21,956 bases of DNA from Candidatus Sericytochromatia bacterium (GCA_036676495.1 JAKFCT010000026.1:1-21956), one strand, 5' to 3'; positions 7,272-16,420 are shown, counted from the first letter of the stretch. Numbers and translations are program-made. The notes: generated by a model from the sequence alone, not told the origin.

Positions 7272-7847
7272 ATGCGCCTCGGAAAGGTCGTTTCGTCGCG
7301 CTCCCACGTCGACGTCCTCTGCCAGATCGACAAGCCCCACGAGTCGGAGCACCCGCCGGGGCCGGCCGATACCACCTTCGGGCGCTTCGTCAGGGTAGGC
7401 GAGACGGCCGTGGGGATTCTCTACGACTCGCAACTGCAGAACCCCGATTTCGGCAACTTCGGCCCCCGGCTCGCCAGCAGTCCGGCCCAGGTCGGGGTCT
7501 TCACCCCGGACTTCTACGACGAGCAGGCCACCCTCGTGAGCGTGCTCCTGCTGGGCGCGCTGGACGGCGCCGGAGGCCAGCAAGGCGTGCCGCATGAGGT
7601 CGTGCCCATCCACGCGGAGGTGCGGATCATGGACGAGCGCGAGATCGTGAGGTTCCATCACGATCCGGCCTCCTCCGTCCAGGTGCGCTACGTGCCGCTG
7701 GTGCTGTCCCACGCCGGCCCCGTGGCGGTCCCGCTCCTGACGGGGGTGCTGGACCGTCTGGCCGGCCTTTTCCCGCAGGATCGCCCCCGGATCGAGGTCC
7801 TGCGCAAGGCGCTGCTTTGGCAATCCACCATGACCGCGATCCGCTGA
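7272..7847 (+). CDS. Stand-alone HAS-barrel-like protein associated with NurA/HerA
   Basis: N-terminal LGKVV...FGRFVRV...VGILYD beta pattern parallels the HAS barrel of HerA (IGTVKG...IGEFVYY...LGKITE); lies 10 bp upstream of HerA. Confidence 0.7.
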   Translation: MRLGKVVSSRSHVDVLCQIDKPHESEHPPGPADTTFGRFVRVGETAVGILYDSQLQNPDFGNFGPRLASSPAQVGVFTPDFYDEQATLVSVLLLGALDGAGGQQGVPHEVVPIHAEVRIMDEREIVRFHHDPASSVQVRYVPLVLSHAGPVAVPLLTGVLDRLAGLFPQDRPRIEVLRKALLWQSTMTAIR

Positions 7848-7857
7848 GGAAGATGAG

Positions 7858-9507
7858 ATGGATCACCTGATCGGAACGGTCAAGGGCCCCGGCGAGTCCT
7901 CGCATGAGTACCGCTTCATCACGACGGACAACCACCAGAGCAAGATCGGAGAGTTCGTCTACTACCCCGTGCAAATCGACGGGGAGATCTGCCCGATCCT
8001 GGGGAAGATCACCGAGCGGAAGCTCGTCCGCTCCCTGCCGGACGCCTTCATGGCGGATCCCTCCATCTCGCCCCAGGACGTGGCCGCGCTCTTGGGTGGA
8101 GAGCTGGGCGAGGCGGAGCTCTTCGAGGTGACGGTGGCGATCGCCGGCCGCTTCGATCCCAAGCTCAAGGGCTTCCTGAACCCGCGCATCCCGCCCGATC
8201 CCGGCGCCCGGGTCTACGTCGCCTCCAACACCTTCCTCACCCAGGTCCTCAGCCCCCGGGCGCAAGACCAGGTCGGCTCGGCCCACCTCGGCTCGCTGCT
8301 GACCCGCGCGCCCGGCGAGGTGCCGATCATCCTCGACGTGAAGAACCTGGTCTCCACGCACCTGGCCATCCTGGCCTCCACGGGCTCGGGCAAGTCCTAC
8401 ACCGCGGGCGTGCTCGTCGAGGAGCTCATGAAGCCCTACAACCGAGCAGCGGTGCTGATCGTCGACCCGCACGGGGAGTACGGCACCCTCAACGCCCTGG
8501 AGTCGCACCCGGCCTTCGCGGAAGGCGGCTACCGGCCCCGGGTCAAGGTGATCCCGCACGATCGCGTCAAGATCCGCATCTCCTCGCTCACCGAGGCCGA
8601 CATCAAGGCCCTCTTGCCGATGATGAGCGAGAAGATGATGGCCTTCATCGGCAAGGCCTTCGACCGCTTGAAGCGGCGGGACACCCACCTCTGGGGCATC
8701 CGCGACCTCCTGGCCGCGCTCGACTCGCTGCGCGCCGAAGGCGCCGAGGACGACCCTGCCTCCAACGCGAGCACCATCGAGGGCCTGCGCTGGCGCCTCG
8801 AGGACCGCTTCGCCCGCTCGAGCATCTTCGATGACAAAGACCATATCCCCTTGCCCGAGCTCTTCACCCCGGGCCAGGTCACCGTCTTGCAGCTGAACGA
8901 GATCGATCAGGTCGAGCAGCAGATCATCGTCGCCACGGTCGCCCGACGGATCAACCGCGCGCGCATGGATACCAAGACCGGCAAGGCGCTCGACGGCGAA
9001 TCCTTCATTCCCTACCCGGTCTTCATGCTGTTGGAGGAGGCGCACCGCTTCGCTCCCGCGGGAGCCTCGGTCGTGAGCACCCCCATCCTCAAGACCATCC
9101 TCGCCGAAGGACGCAAGTTCGGGGTGGGAGTGGGCCTGATCACCCAGCGTCCCGGCAAGCTCGACGCCGACGTGCTCTCCCAGTGCATGACCCAGTTCAT
9201 CATGCGGATCGTGAACCCCATCGACCAGCAGACCATCGCCCAGAGCGTCGAGGGAGCCGGCCGGGACCTGCTCGACGAGTTGCCCGCCCTCACCAAGGGG
9301 CAAGTGATCGTCTCGGGAGTGGCCGTGAACACGCCGGTCCTCTGCCAGGTTCGCGCACGGCTCACCGAGCACGGGGGAGAGACGATCGATGCGCCGGCCG
9401 AGTGGCTCGATTACTTCGGCCTCTCGCAGGTGAGCGCCCGGGAGCAGGACTCCGCCATCCTGGCCTCCCCCGCCAAGGCGGAGCGCTACAACGGCTATTC
9501 GATCTGA
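7858..9507 (+). CDS. herA: HerA/FtsK-superfamily ATPase (DUF87 type) with N-terminal HAS barrel
   Basis: HLAILASTGSGKS (Walker A), VDPHGEY, LLEEAHRF (Walker B), EGRKFG (arginine finger), ITQRP. Confidence 0.92.
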   Translation: MDHLIGTVKGPGESSHEYRFITTDNHQSKIGEFVYYPVQIDGEICPILGKITERKLVRSLPDAFMADPSISPQDVAALLGGELGEAELFEVTVAIAGRFDPKLKGFLNPRIPPDPGARVYVASNTFLTQVLSPRAQDQVGSAHLGSLLTRAPGEVPIILDVKNLVSTHLAILASTGSGKSYTAGVLVEELMKPYNRAAVLIVDPHGEYGTLNALESHPAFAEGGYRPRVKVIPHDRVKIRISSLTEADIKALLPMMSEKMMAFIGKAFDRLKRRDTHLWGIRDLLAALDSLRAEGAEDDPASNASTIEGLRWRLEDRFARSSIFDDKDHIPLPELFTPGQVTVLQLNEIDQVEQQIIVATVARRINRARMDTKTGKALDGESFIPYPVFMLLEEAHRFAPAGASVVSTPILKTILAEGRKFGVGVGLITQRPGKLDADVLSQCMTQFIMRIVNPIDQQTIAQSVEGAGRDLLDELPALTKGQVIVSGVAVNTPVLCQVRARLTEHGGETIDAPAEWLDYFGLSQVSAREQDSAILASPAKAERYNGYSI

Positions 9508-9605
9508 GGGCGCAGCCGCTTGCGCCTCCCCGCGCCATCCCGTCACCCACTTTCCAGCGTCACGCTAGCATCATGTAGACAAAGAGAGACCTGAGGGCCA
9601 TCACG

Positions 9606-10328
9606 TTGAACCGCGAGATTTTCGTATTCTGGACCGGGGACAATCCCCTTTCGGAGAACCGCCAGCGCGCGCTGGAGAGCATGAAGAACACGGGACTCGC
9701 TCCGGTCCTCGTCACCGGCCGGAACCTGCATGAGTTCGTCCCCGAGGACCGCCTCCATCCCGCCTACCCGCACCTCAACTTGGCTCACCGGGCGGATTAC
9801 TTGCGGTGCTACTTCATGAAGCACCACGGCGGCGGCTACTCCGATCTCAAGACCAACGAGGCCTCCTGGCTGGCCGCCTATGACGCGCTCGAACGCGATC
9901 CCGAGGCATGGGCCTGCGGCTACCGCGAGGTCTCCCCGCGCGGCGTCGCCGATATCTACCTCTCGTCGCGGCAACGGAAGGAGGGCCTCGCCGCGGCCAT
10001 CCGGGCCCAGCTGCAATGGCGCTACCTGCAATGGCACTACAAGTCGCTGATTGGGACGTGCGCCTTCATTTTCAAGGAGGGCACGCCCCTGGTCGATGCA
10101 TGGTGGGAAGCCCTCAATCAGCGCCTGGACACCTTGCATCCGGAGCTCGAGCGGCACCCCGCGAAGCACCCGAAGGAGCTGCCCGGCGTGATCTACGACG
10201 GGGAAAAGTCGCGCTATCCCGTGCCCTGGACCTACCTGCTCGGAGATATCCTGCACCCGCTGATCCACCAGTACCGCACGCATATCCACGCGGATCTTCC
10301 GACCCCCGATTTCTCGAACTACGCCTAG
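9606..10328 (+). CDS. GT32 / capsular polysaccharide synthesis-like glycosyltransferase
   Basis: IFVFWTG near the N-terminus and ADYLRCYFMKHHGGGYSD match the SDxxR...GGxYxD core; TTG start uncertain. Confidence 0.7.
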   Translation: MNREIFVFWTGDNPLSENRQRALESMKNTGLAPVLVTGRNLHEFVPEDRLHPAYPHLNLAHRADYLRCYFMKHHGGGYSDLKTNEASWLAAYDALERDPEAWACGYREVSPRGVADIYLSSRQRKEGLAAAIRAQLQWRYLQWHYKSLIGTCAFIFKEGTPLVDAWWEALNQRLDTLHPELERHPAKHPKELPGVIYDGEKSRYPVPWTYLLGDILHPLIHQYRTHIHADLPTPDFSNYA

Positions 10329-10458
10329 GCCTCGCCGGTTTTAACGAACTCCAAACAAAGACTTCATCGGCCCTTGCGAATCTTCTTACGCAGACGAGCG
10401 GATAACTCGTCAGGTGGGCCACGCGGCCTCGACACGACATTTCCCACCAGGAGGACGT

Positions 10459-10908
10459 ATGAGCATTGGCGGCATTCAAGGAAACGGCCACGGCCTGCAC
10501 GGGTTGGGCAAGGCCCAAGGTGCCGCGGGGGGCGATCCCAAGATCAAGCAGCTCGAACAGGAGCTGAAGCAGGTCGAGGAGGGCATGAAGCTTGCCGCCA
10601 TGACCGGCAACTCCCAGATGCTCGCCATGCTGCAGCAGCAGCTCCAGGGCATGCAGCAGTCCGCCGAGAGCGGCTCCGGTCAGGACCAGGGCGATCAGCA
10701 GCGGGGCGGCGGCCGCGCGCAGGGCTTCGAGGCGCGCAAGCAGCTCGAAGGCTTCCAGCAGAAGGCGGAGTTGCTGGCCCAGGAGATCCAGTTGCAGCTT
10801 CAGAGCGTGCAGGCGCAGTCCGGCAACCAAAGCTCCCAGGGCAGCGGCTTCCAGCAGGACCAGAACCAGGCCCAGGGGCGCGACATGCGCAACATGTATC
10901 CCGTCTAG
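10459..10908 (+). CDS. Gln-rich coiled-coil protein, FlxA-like
   Basis: SD AGGAGG before ATG 10459; MSIGGI start; coiled coils KIKQLEQELKQVEE and KAELLAQEIQLQLQSVQAQ; family call tentative. Confidence 0.6.
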   Translation: MSIGGIQGNGHGLHGLGKAQGAAGGDPKIKQLEQELKQVEEGMKLAAMTGNSQMLAMLQQQLQGMQQSAESGSGQDQGDQQRGGGRAQGFEARKQLEGFQQKAELLAQEIQLQLQSVQAQSGNQSSQGSGFQQDQNQAQGRDMRNMYPV

Positions 10909-10914
10909 GAGGAG

Positions 10915-10942
10915 CGTCATCCCCGCGAAGGCGGGGATCCAG
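10915..10942 (+). repeat. dRS3/REP-like extragenic palindrome, copy 1
   Basis: CGTCATCCCCGCGAAGGCGGGGATCCAG; 25/28 identical to the reverse complement of 16371-16398. Confidence 0.8.
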
Positions 10943-10945
10943 AAG

Positions 10946-10982
10946 GAAAGGGCCGGGGAGCGAATCGCTCCCCGGCCCTTTC
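10946..10982. terminator. Bidirectional intrinsic terminator between convergent genes
   Basis: GAAAGGGCCGGGGAGCGA-A-TCGCTCCCCGGCCCTTTC perfect inverted repeat with A/T ends. Confidence 0.8.
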
Positions 10983-10996
10983 GGCGTTGCTTCGGT

Positions 10997-12472
10997 TTAG
11001 AAGCCGAGGCTCACGCCGGCGTTGACGCCGGTGTAGCCGAGGCCTGCGACGGTCTGATTGACGCCCTCGACGTTGAGGCCGAGCGAGTCGGTCAGGCTGA
11101 AGCGCGCGCCCAGCACGAGGCTGGTGGCTTCGTCGCCGAGCGCGGAATGGGCAGCGTCACTGCTGGAGGAGTTCTTCCACTCGCGGGAGACCGAACCCTC
11201 GGTCTTGCCAGAGGCGGTCCCGACCTCGGAGTAGGTGATGGTCCGCTTGAGCGACTCGGTCATGGTGGAGGACTGGGCGCGGTTGCCGATCATCGTAGGG
11301 GCGTAGCCGAACTTGCCATAGAGGCGGAAGCCGTCGTTCACCTTGAAGGTGCCGCCCAGGCCGATCATGGGGCCGACCATGGTGGTGGTGCTCAAGGCGT
11401 CGTTCTGCCTCTTGGCCTCGACCGCGATGTCCTGGGTGAAGTTGTTGGCCGTGTTGGCCACATCGACGTGCTTGACCCGCTGGGTGGCGGCACCCGTGCC
11501 GTCCTCGCCGGTGATCACGGAGGTGGTGACCGTCCGCTGCATGACCATGGGGATGGTGACGCCCGCAAGCAGGTGCAGTTCGCCGCGCTGGTTCGCGCCG
11601 ATCACCGTCTTGGTGAGGGCATCGGCCATGTGCAGGGTCGTGCTGCGCGCTTCGTTGCCGCCGATCTTGCCCTTGGCGGTGAACTCGTTGGTGGCCGCAT
11701 TGGCCGCCGCGGAAACGGGAACGGCACCATTCGAGTTGATGAAGGTATTCTGGCCCGCGAAAACGACCCCCGCGTTGTCAGCCGTGAAGATGGGGTTGCC
11801 GCCGCCGATGAGCGTGCCGAAAGGATGGGCGGTAATCTGGGTCCGGGTGACCTGGAACTCCTTGTAGTCGGGTTGCCCACCGGTGCCCAGGGTGAAGGGC
11901 GTGTTGGAGGTGCTCACCGAGAAGCCCATGCCGCTCAGGGCCGTGTTGGCCCCCTTGATGCTGGTCGTGGTGCCATCCGCGGGATCCGTGTCGAAGGTCC
12001 GGGTGTTCATGGGCTCGAGGGCGAGCGTCTTGAACGTGTCGAGCGTGGCGCCGGTATGGGCGAAGGTGTAGTCGAGCCCGAGGCCGAAGCTGTTGTCGAG
12101 CCAGTAGGTGGCCGAGCCGGAGAGGCTGAAGCCGTGCTGGAGGTTGCTCGTGACGTTTTTGTTATCGATGCTCTGCGTGTCGACCTGGCTGTCGTTCTGC
12201 TTCGGGGGGGTGCCGGGAGCGGCGTTGTTCACGTCGCTAGAGCCGCTGATGGCAGCGGTCGTTCCGAGGTTCATCCCCGTGCCATGCATGAAGCGGTAGC
12301 CGCCCATGAGGGTGAACTCGATGCGGGGCTTGGTCATCTCGGTGGCCGAGAGGCTGGTCGCGGCGATGCGGGTCGGGGCGGGCTCGGTCTTGCGCAGCTG
12401 CGCGAGCGCCGGCGACGACGCCAGGGTGACGAGGCTGAGGCTGAGCGCCATCGTTGCGACGGGTTTAGACAA
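10997..12472 (-). CDS. Exported outer-membrane beta-barrel protein with long Thr/Asn-rich loops
   Basis: TTG start at 12472 after SD AGGAG; Sec signal ending PALA-Q; alternating strands (FSLSGSATYW, FGLGLDYTF, LVLGARFSL); C-terminal GVNAGVSLGF BamA-type signal. Confidence 0.75.
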   Translation of the reverse strand: MSKPVATMALSLSLVTLASSPALAQLRKTEPAPTRIAATSLSATEMTKPRIEFTLMGGYRFMHGTGMNLGTTAAISGSSDVNNAAPGTPPKQNDSQVDTQSIDNKNVTSNLQHGFSLSGSATYWLDNSFGLGLDYTFAHTGATLDTFKTLALEPMNTRTFDTDPADGTTTSIKGANTALSGMGFSVSTSNTPFTLGTGGQPDYKEFQVTRTQITAHPFGTLIGGGNPIFTADNAGVVFAGQNTFINSNGAVPVSAAANAATNEFTAKGKIGGNEARSTTLHMADALTKTVIGANQRGELHLLAGVTIPMVMQRTVTTSVITGEDGTGAATQRVKHVDVANTANNFTQDIAVEAKRQNDALSTTTMVGPMIGLGGTFKVNDGFRLYGKFGYAPTMIGNRAQSSTMTESLKRTITYSEVGTASGKTEGSVSREWKNSSSSDAAHSALGDEATSLVLGARFSLTDSLGLNVEGVNQTVAGLGYTGVNAGVSLGF

Positions 12473-12724
12473 GTCGAAATCTCCTATTGCTGTGTTGACG
12501 ACTACTTTCCTGACAACATCATTGCCAAGCGGTGGTTTGACGCCCATCATAGCACAATTCCTCAGCTACAACCGTGACCCAGCAACGATCCTAGGGTTCT
12601 GGGTCGCGGAGCGCTCCGCCCCTGGTCATCAGGCGCGGAATGCGCGATAATGAGGGCTCGCCGTCCCACGGACGGCTGGACCCCGCGGCCGCGTGAGGCC
12701 CGACTAACGTGGAGAGAAGCGACA

Positions 12725-13027
12725 ATGATCTGTCCAAGCTGTGGCTTCAACGAGAACAGCAAGTTCTGTAAGCACTGTGGCGCCCCGATGGTTACCGAGA
12801 CCAAGGCCAATTACCTCGGCACGCCCCAGTTCACCGGGATCACCATCCCGCCGCCGTCCGCCTCGGAAGGCTTCAAGGCCGAGGACATCGACGAGGTCGG
12901 CCTCGAGGGGCGGGACTTCGACGATCCCGACTCCGAATCCAAGGATTCCTGGTTCGGCCTGGTGCTGGTCGGCATCATCGTGGTGGCGCTCATCGCCTGG
13001 GGAGTCTCGCGCGTTTCTGCCGTGTAG
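12725..13027 (+). CDS. Zinc-ribbon protein with acidic linker and C-terminal TM helix
   Basis: MICPSCG...KFCKHCG; SD GGAG; D/E-rich linker; hydrophobic FGLVLVGIIVVALIAWGV. Confidence 0.8.
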   Translation: MICPSCGFNENSKFCKHCGAPMVTETKANYLGTPQFTGITIPPPSASEGFKAEDIDEVGLEGRDFDDPDSESKDSWFGLVLVGIIVVALIAWGVSRVSAV

Positions 13028-13094
13028 TTGCTAGCTTTCCTTTTTGCAGTTACTATCAAAAAGAAACCGACCCGCAAGAGAGGGAGATGAGCCA

Positions 13095-14552
13095 ATGACC
13101 GAGCAAGGCCTACAAGGGAACTGCTGTCTGCAGAACCCGCCTCGCGATCCCGTGGAGATTTGCCTGGAAATCAACGAACGGGCCGCCGGTCACCCGCTCT
13201 ACCAGGATGCACGAAAGGGGCTCGCCCCCGGCTCCAACCTCGCGTGGAGGCTTTCTCCCGAGCCCTTCTGCATCTCCAAGGAAACCTTCCTCTACCTCAA
13301 GGGACTGGGCAACCATCTCCTGAAGTTCTACGAGGCCACCAACCGCCTCTACTTCGAGAGCGTGAAGGGGCAGCAACCCGCCTGGATCCATCAGCTTCTC
13401 GACCAGGGCAAGCCGGACTCGCTGATCGACTACGGCCGCATGAACCGCTTCAAGCGCCAGTTGCCCACCGTGATCCGGCCCGACCTCCTCTTCACCGAAT
13501 CCGGACGCGCGGTTGCCAGCGAGCTGGACTCCATCCCCGGCGGCCTGGGCTTCGTCGCAAGCCTCTCCCACGAGTACGCGCGGCTCGGCTTCGAGCCCGT
13601 GGGCGGCCCCACGGGCATCGTCGAGGGCTTCGCCAAGATGATGCGCGCGCAGACCTCGGAAGCCGATCCGACCATCGCCATCGTGGTCTCCGAAGAAGCC
13701 AGCGATTACTGGCATGAGTTCGTCTGGCTGGGCCAGGCGCTCACCGAGACCGGCCTCGAGACCCTCGTCGTGCGCCCCCTGGACCTTCGCTTCACCGAAG
13801 AGGCCTTCGAGGTCGCGCTTCCCGGCGGCCGCATCGCCACTCCGCACATCATCTACCGCTACTTCGAGCTCTTCGACCTCAAGAACATCCCCAAGATGGA
13901 GCTCATCCAGTACGCCAACAAGAAGCAGCGGGTCTTCGTGACTCCGCCCTTCAAGGCCTACCTCGAAGAGAAGCTGCTCTTCGCGCTCTTCCACCACCCC
14001 ATGTTGCGTCGCTTCTGGGAAGGAGCGCTGGGAGACGAGACCTGCAACGCGCTCGACAGCCTGATCCCGCGGACCTGGATCCTCGACCCCACTCCCCTGC
14101 CTCCCCAGGCGGTGATCCCGGGCCTGGAAATCGACGGCATGGCCGTCAACGACTTCCGGCAACTCTTGCACACCACCAAGAAGCAACGGGATTACGTCGT
14201 GAAGCCCTCGGGCTTCTCGGAACTGGCCTGGGGCTCGCGGGGCGTGGAGTTCGGCGCGGACCTCTCCGCGGAGGACTGGGAGCGCACCCTCAACCAGGCG
14301 CTCGACTCCTTCGCGCAGACCCCCTACCTGCTTCAGGAGTACCACAAGCCCGCCAAGGTCACGTCGCGCTACTACGACTTCAACCGCCAAGAGATTCGCA
14401 GCTTCGACGGGCGCGCGCGGCTCTGCCCCTACTACTTCGTCTCGGGCGACCAGGCTGAGCTGGGCGGCATCCTCGTCACCGTTTGCCCTGCCGACAAGAA
14501 GGCCATCCACGGCATGGTCGACTCGATCATGGTGCCCGCGCGGGTCGAGTAA
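13095..14552 (+). CDS. Circularly permuted ATP-grasp / glutathionylspermidine-synthase-like ligase
   Basis: IRPDLL...ELDSIPGG, IYRYFE, EEK, IPRTW, VVKPSG...WGSRGV, LLQEY in the permuted ATP-grasp order; SD GGAG before ATG 13095. Confidence 0.7.
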   Translation: MTEQGLQGNCCLQNPPRDPVEICLEINERAAGHPLYQDARKGLAPGSNLAWRLSPEPFCISKETFLYLKGLGNHLLKFYEATNRLYFESVKGQQPAWIHQLLDQGKPDSLIDYGRMNRFKRQLPTVIRPDLLFTESGRAVASELDSIPGGLGFVASLSHEYARLGFEPVGGPTGIVEGFAKMMRAQTSEADPTIAIVVSEEASDYWHEFVWLGQALTETGLETLVVRPLDLRFTEEAFEVALPGGRIATPHIIYRYFELFDLKNIPKMELIQYANKKQRVFVTPPFKAYLEEKLLFALFHHPMLRRFWEGALGDETCNALDSLIPRTWILDPTPLPPQAVIPGLEIDGMAVNDFRQLLHTTKKQRDYVVKPSGFSELAWGSRGVEFGADLSAEDWERTLNQALDSFAQTPYLLQEYHKPAKVTSRYYDFNRQEIRSFDGRARLCPYYFVSGDQAELGGILVTVCPADKKAIHGMVDSIMVPARVE

Positions 14553-14570
14553 CGCAGCCTCCAGGCAAGA

Positions 14571-14601
14571 AGCGAGCCCTCGGAAAATCCGAGGGCTCGC
14601 T
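14571..14601. terminator. Hairpin between convergent genes
   Basis: AGCGAGCCCTCGGA-AAA-TCCGAGGGCTCGCT perfect 14-bp stem. Confidence 0.7.
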
Positions 14602-14611
14602 CGCGTTGGAC

Positions 14612-15142
14612 CTAGAAGCTATCCTTGACCTCGTCATAGAGGCACTGGGCCATGAAGTAGAGGAGATCCTTCTCGCGGTCGAACTCGGCATACCCGATGG
14701 CGGTCGCCAGTTCGCGGGCCAGCAACATCACGGCGAGGTCGTCCTTGAGGATGTCCTGGCCGTCCACGTAGAGGGCCACCGGACGATGACCGGTCTTGAA
14801 GGGGCGGCGGGCCTCCGGATCCGAAACGACCTCGCAGTCCATGGTGACCGAGCGGTCGTAACCGATGGGCTGACCATTCTCCTGGCCCCAGAGCCAGTAG
14901 TTAAGCGAGAAGCGCTTCCCTTTCCCGCCGGTGGGCAGGTTCATCTCCACCCCATGCCGGACCATGATCCGGGTGACCGAATTGGGCTTGCCGGCAATCA
15001 CCCGGTCCTTGAGGTGGATGATCGTGAGGCGGCTGGCGGCATCCACCTGGGCGTCCGGGACAGCTTGCGGAGCGAGGGAGGGCGCCCCGCAACCCGCGAG
15101 GAAAACGAGCGAGACGGCGCAGAGCGATATGAACGGCTTCAA
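14612..15142 (-). CDS. Hypothetical lipoprotein
   Basis: TTG start at 15142 after AAGGA gives MKPFISLCAVSLVFLAGC, a signal peptide with LAGC lipobox. Confidence 0.7.
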   Translation of the reverse strand: MKPFISLCAVSLVFLAGCGAPSLAPQAVPDAQVDAASRLTIIHLKDRVIAGKPNSVTRIMVRHGVEMNLPTGGKGKRFSLNYWLWGQENGQPIGYDRSVTMDCEVVSDPEARRPFKTGHRPVALYVDGQDILKDDLAVMLLARELATAIGYAEFDREKDLLYFMAQCLYDEVKDSF

Positions 15143-15385
15143 AGCGGTAACATCCTTTACGAAACGGGCTCCGGACGGCTCCGGCTCAAGCGGCCAAGAG
15201 GCCGTCAGGCCACCCAAACTACTTCACATTCCCTCATCATGTCGCGTAAAGGATAAAAGACACTTATGTCAAATCTAAGAAAAGGTTAAAGCGCAAGAGC
15301 TCCCGAGACGATGCCAGGGGAGCTCTCGTCAGGAAGGCTGGCGCCTGCCGGATCGGAGATCGCGCTGGCGCCTGCGGCTGTTGCT

Positions 15386-16261
<876 letters not shown>

Positions 16262-16370
16262 GGGCTACCTTTCTTGCGAGGACGGAGAAAACCTACCGCC
16301 ATGATAGCCCAAGCTTAGCCAAGGAGCCAGTTCCGGCCGACCAGGGGGAGCGCCACATGCCTCGAGGGGC

Positions 16371-16398
16371 CTGGATTCCCGCTTTCGCGGGAATGACG
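16371..16398 (-). repeat. dRS3/REP-like extragenic palindrome, copy 2
   Basis: Minus strand CGTCATTCCCGCGAAAGCGGGAATCCAG contains ATTCCC-N8-GGGAAT. Confidence 0.8.
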
Positions 16399-16420
16399 CC
16401 CAAGCATGCGTTGGCTGGGG

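Noticed and set aside
3510-9507. queF as part of a 7-deazaguanine DNA-modification (dpd) defence island with the nuclease and ATPase
   Set aside because: No dpdA/tgt-like, queC, queD, queE or folE genes; QueF makes preQ1 for tRNA; a hairpin and a separate -10 box divide it from the cluster.
12473-12550. N-terminal extensions in the ORF track (also 10414-10458, 12650-12724, 13044-13094, 15143-15217 and 20503-20754)
   Set aside because: Downstream starts have clear SD sequences and give proper signal peptides or domain starts.
15337-15375. Direct repeat GCTGGCGCCTGC x2 as a mini-CRISPR or target-site duplication
   Set aside because: Only two 12-bp copies 15 bp apart; no cas genes or mobile element.
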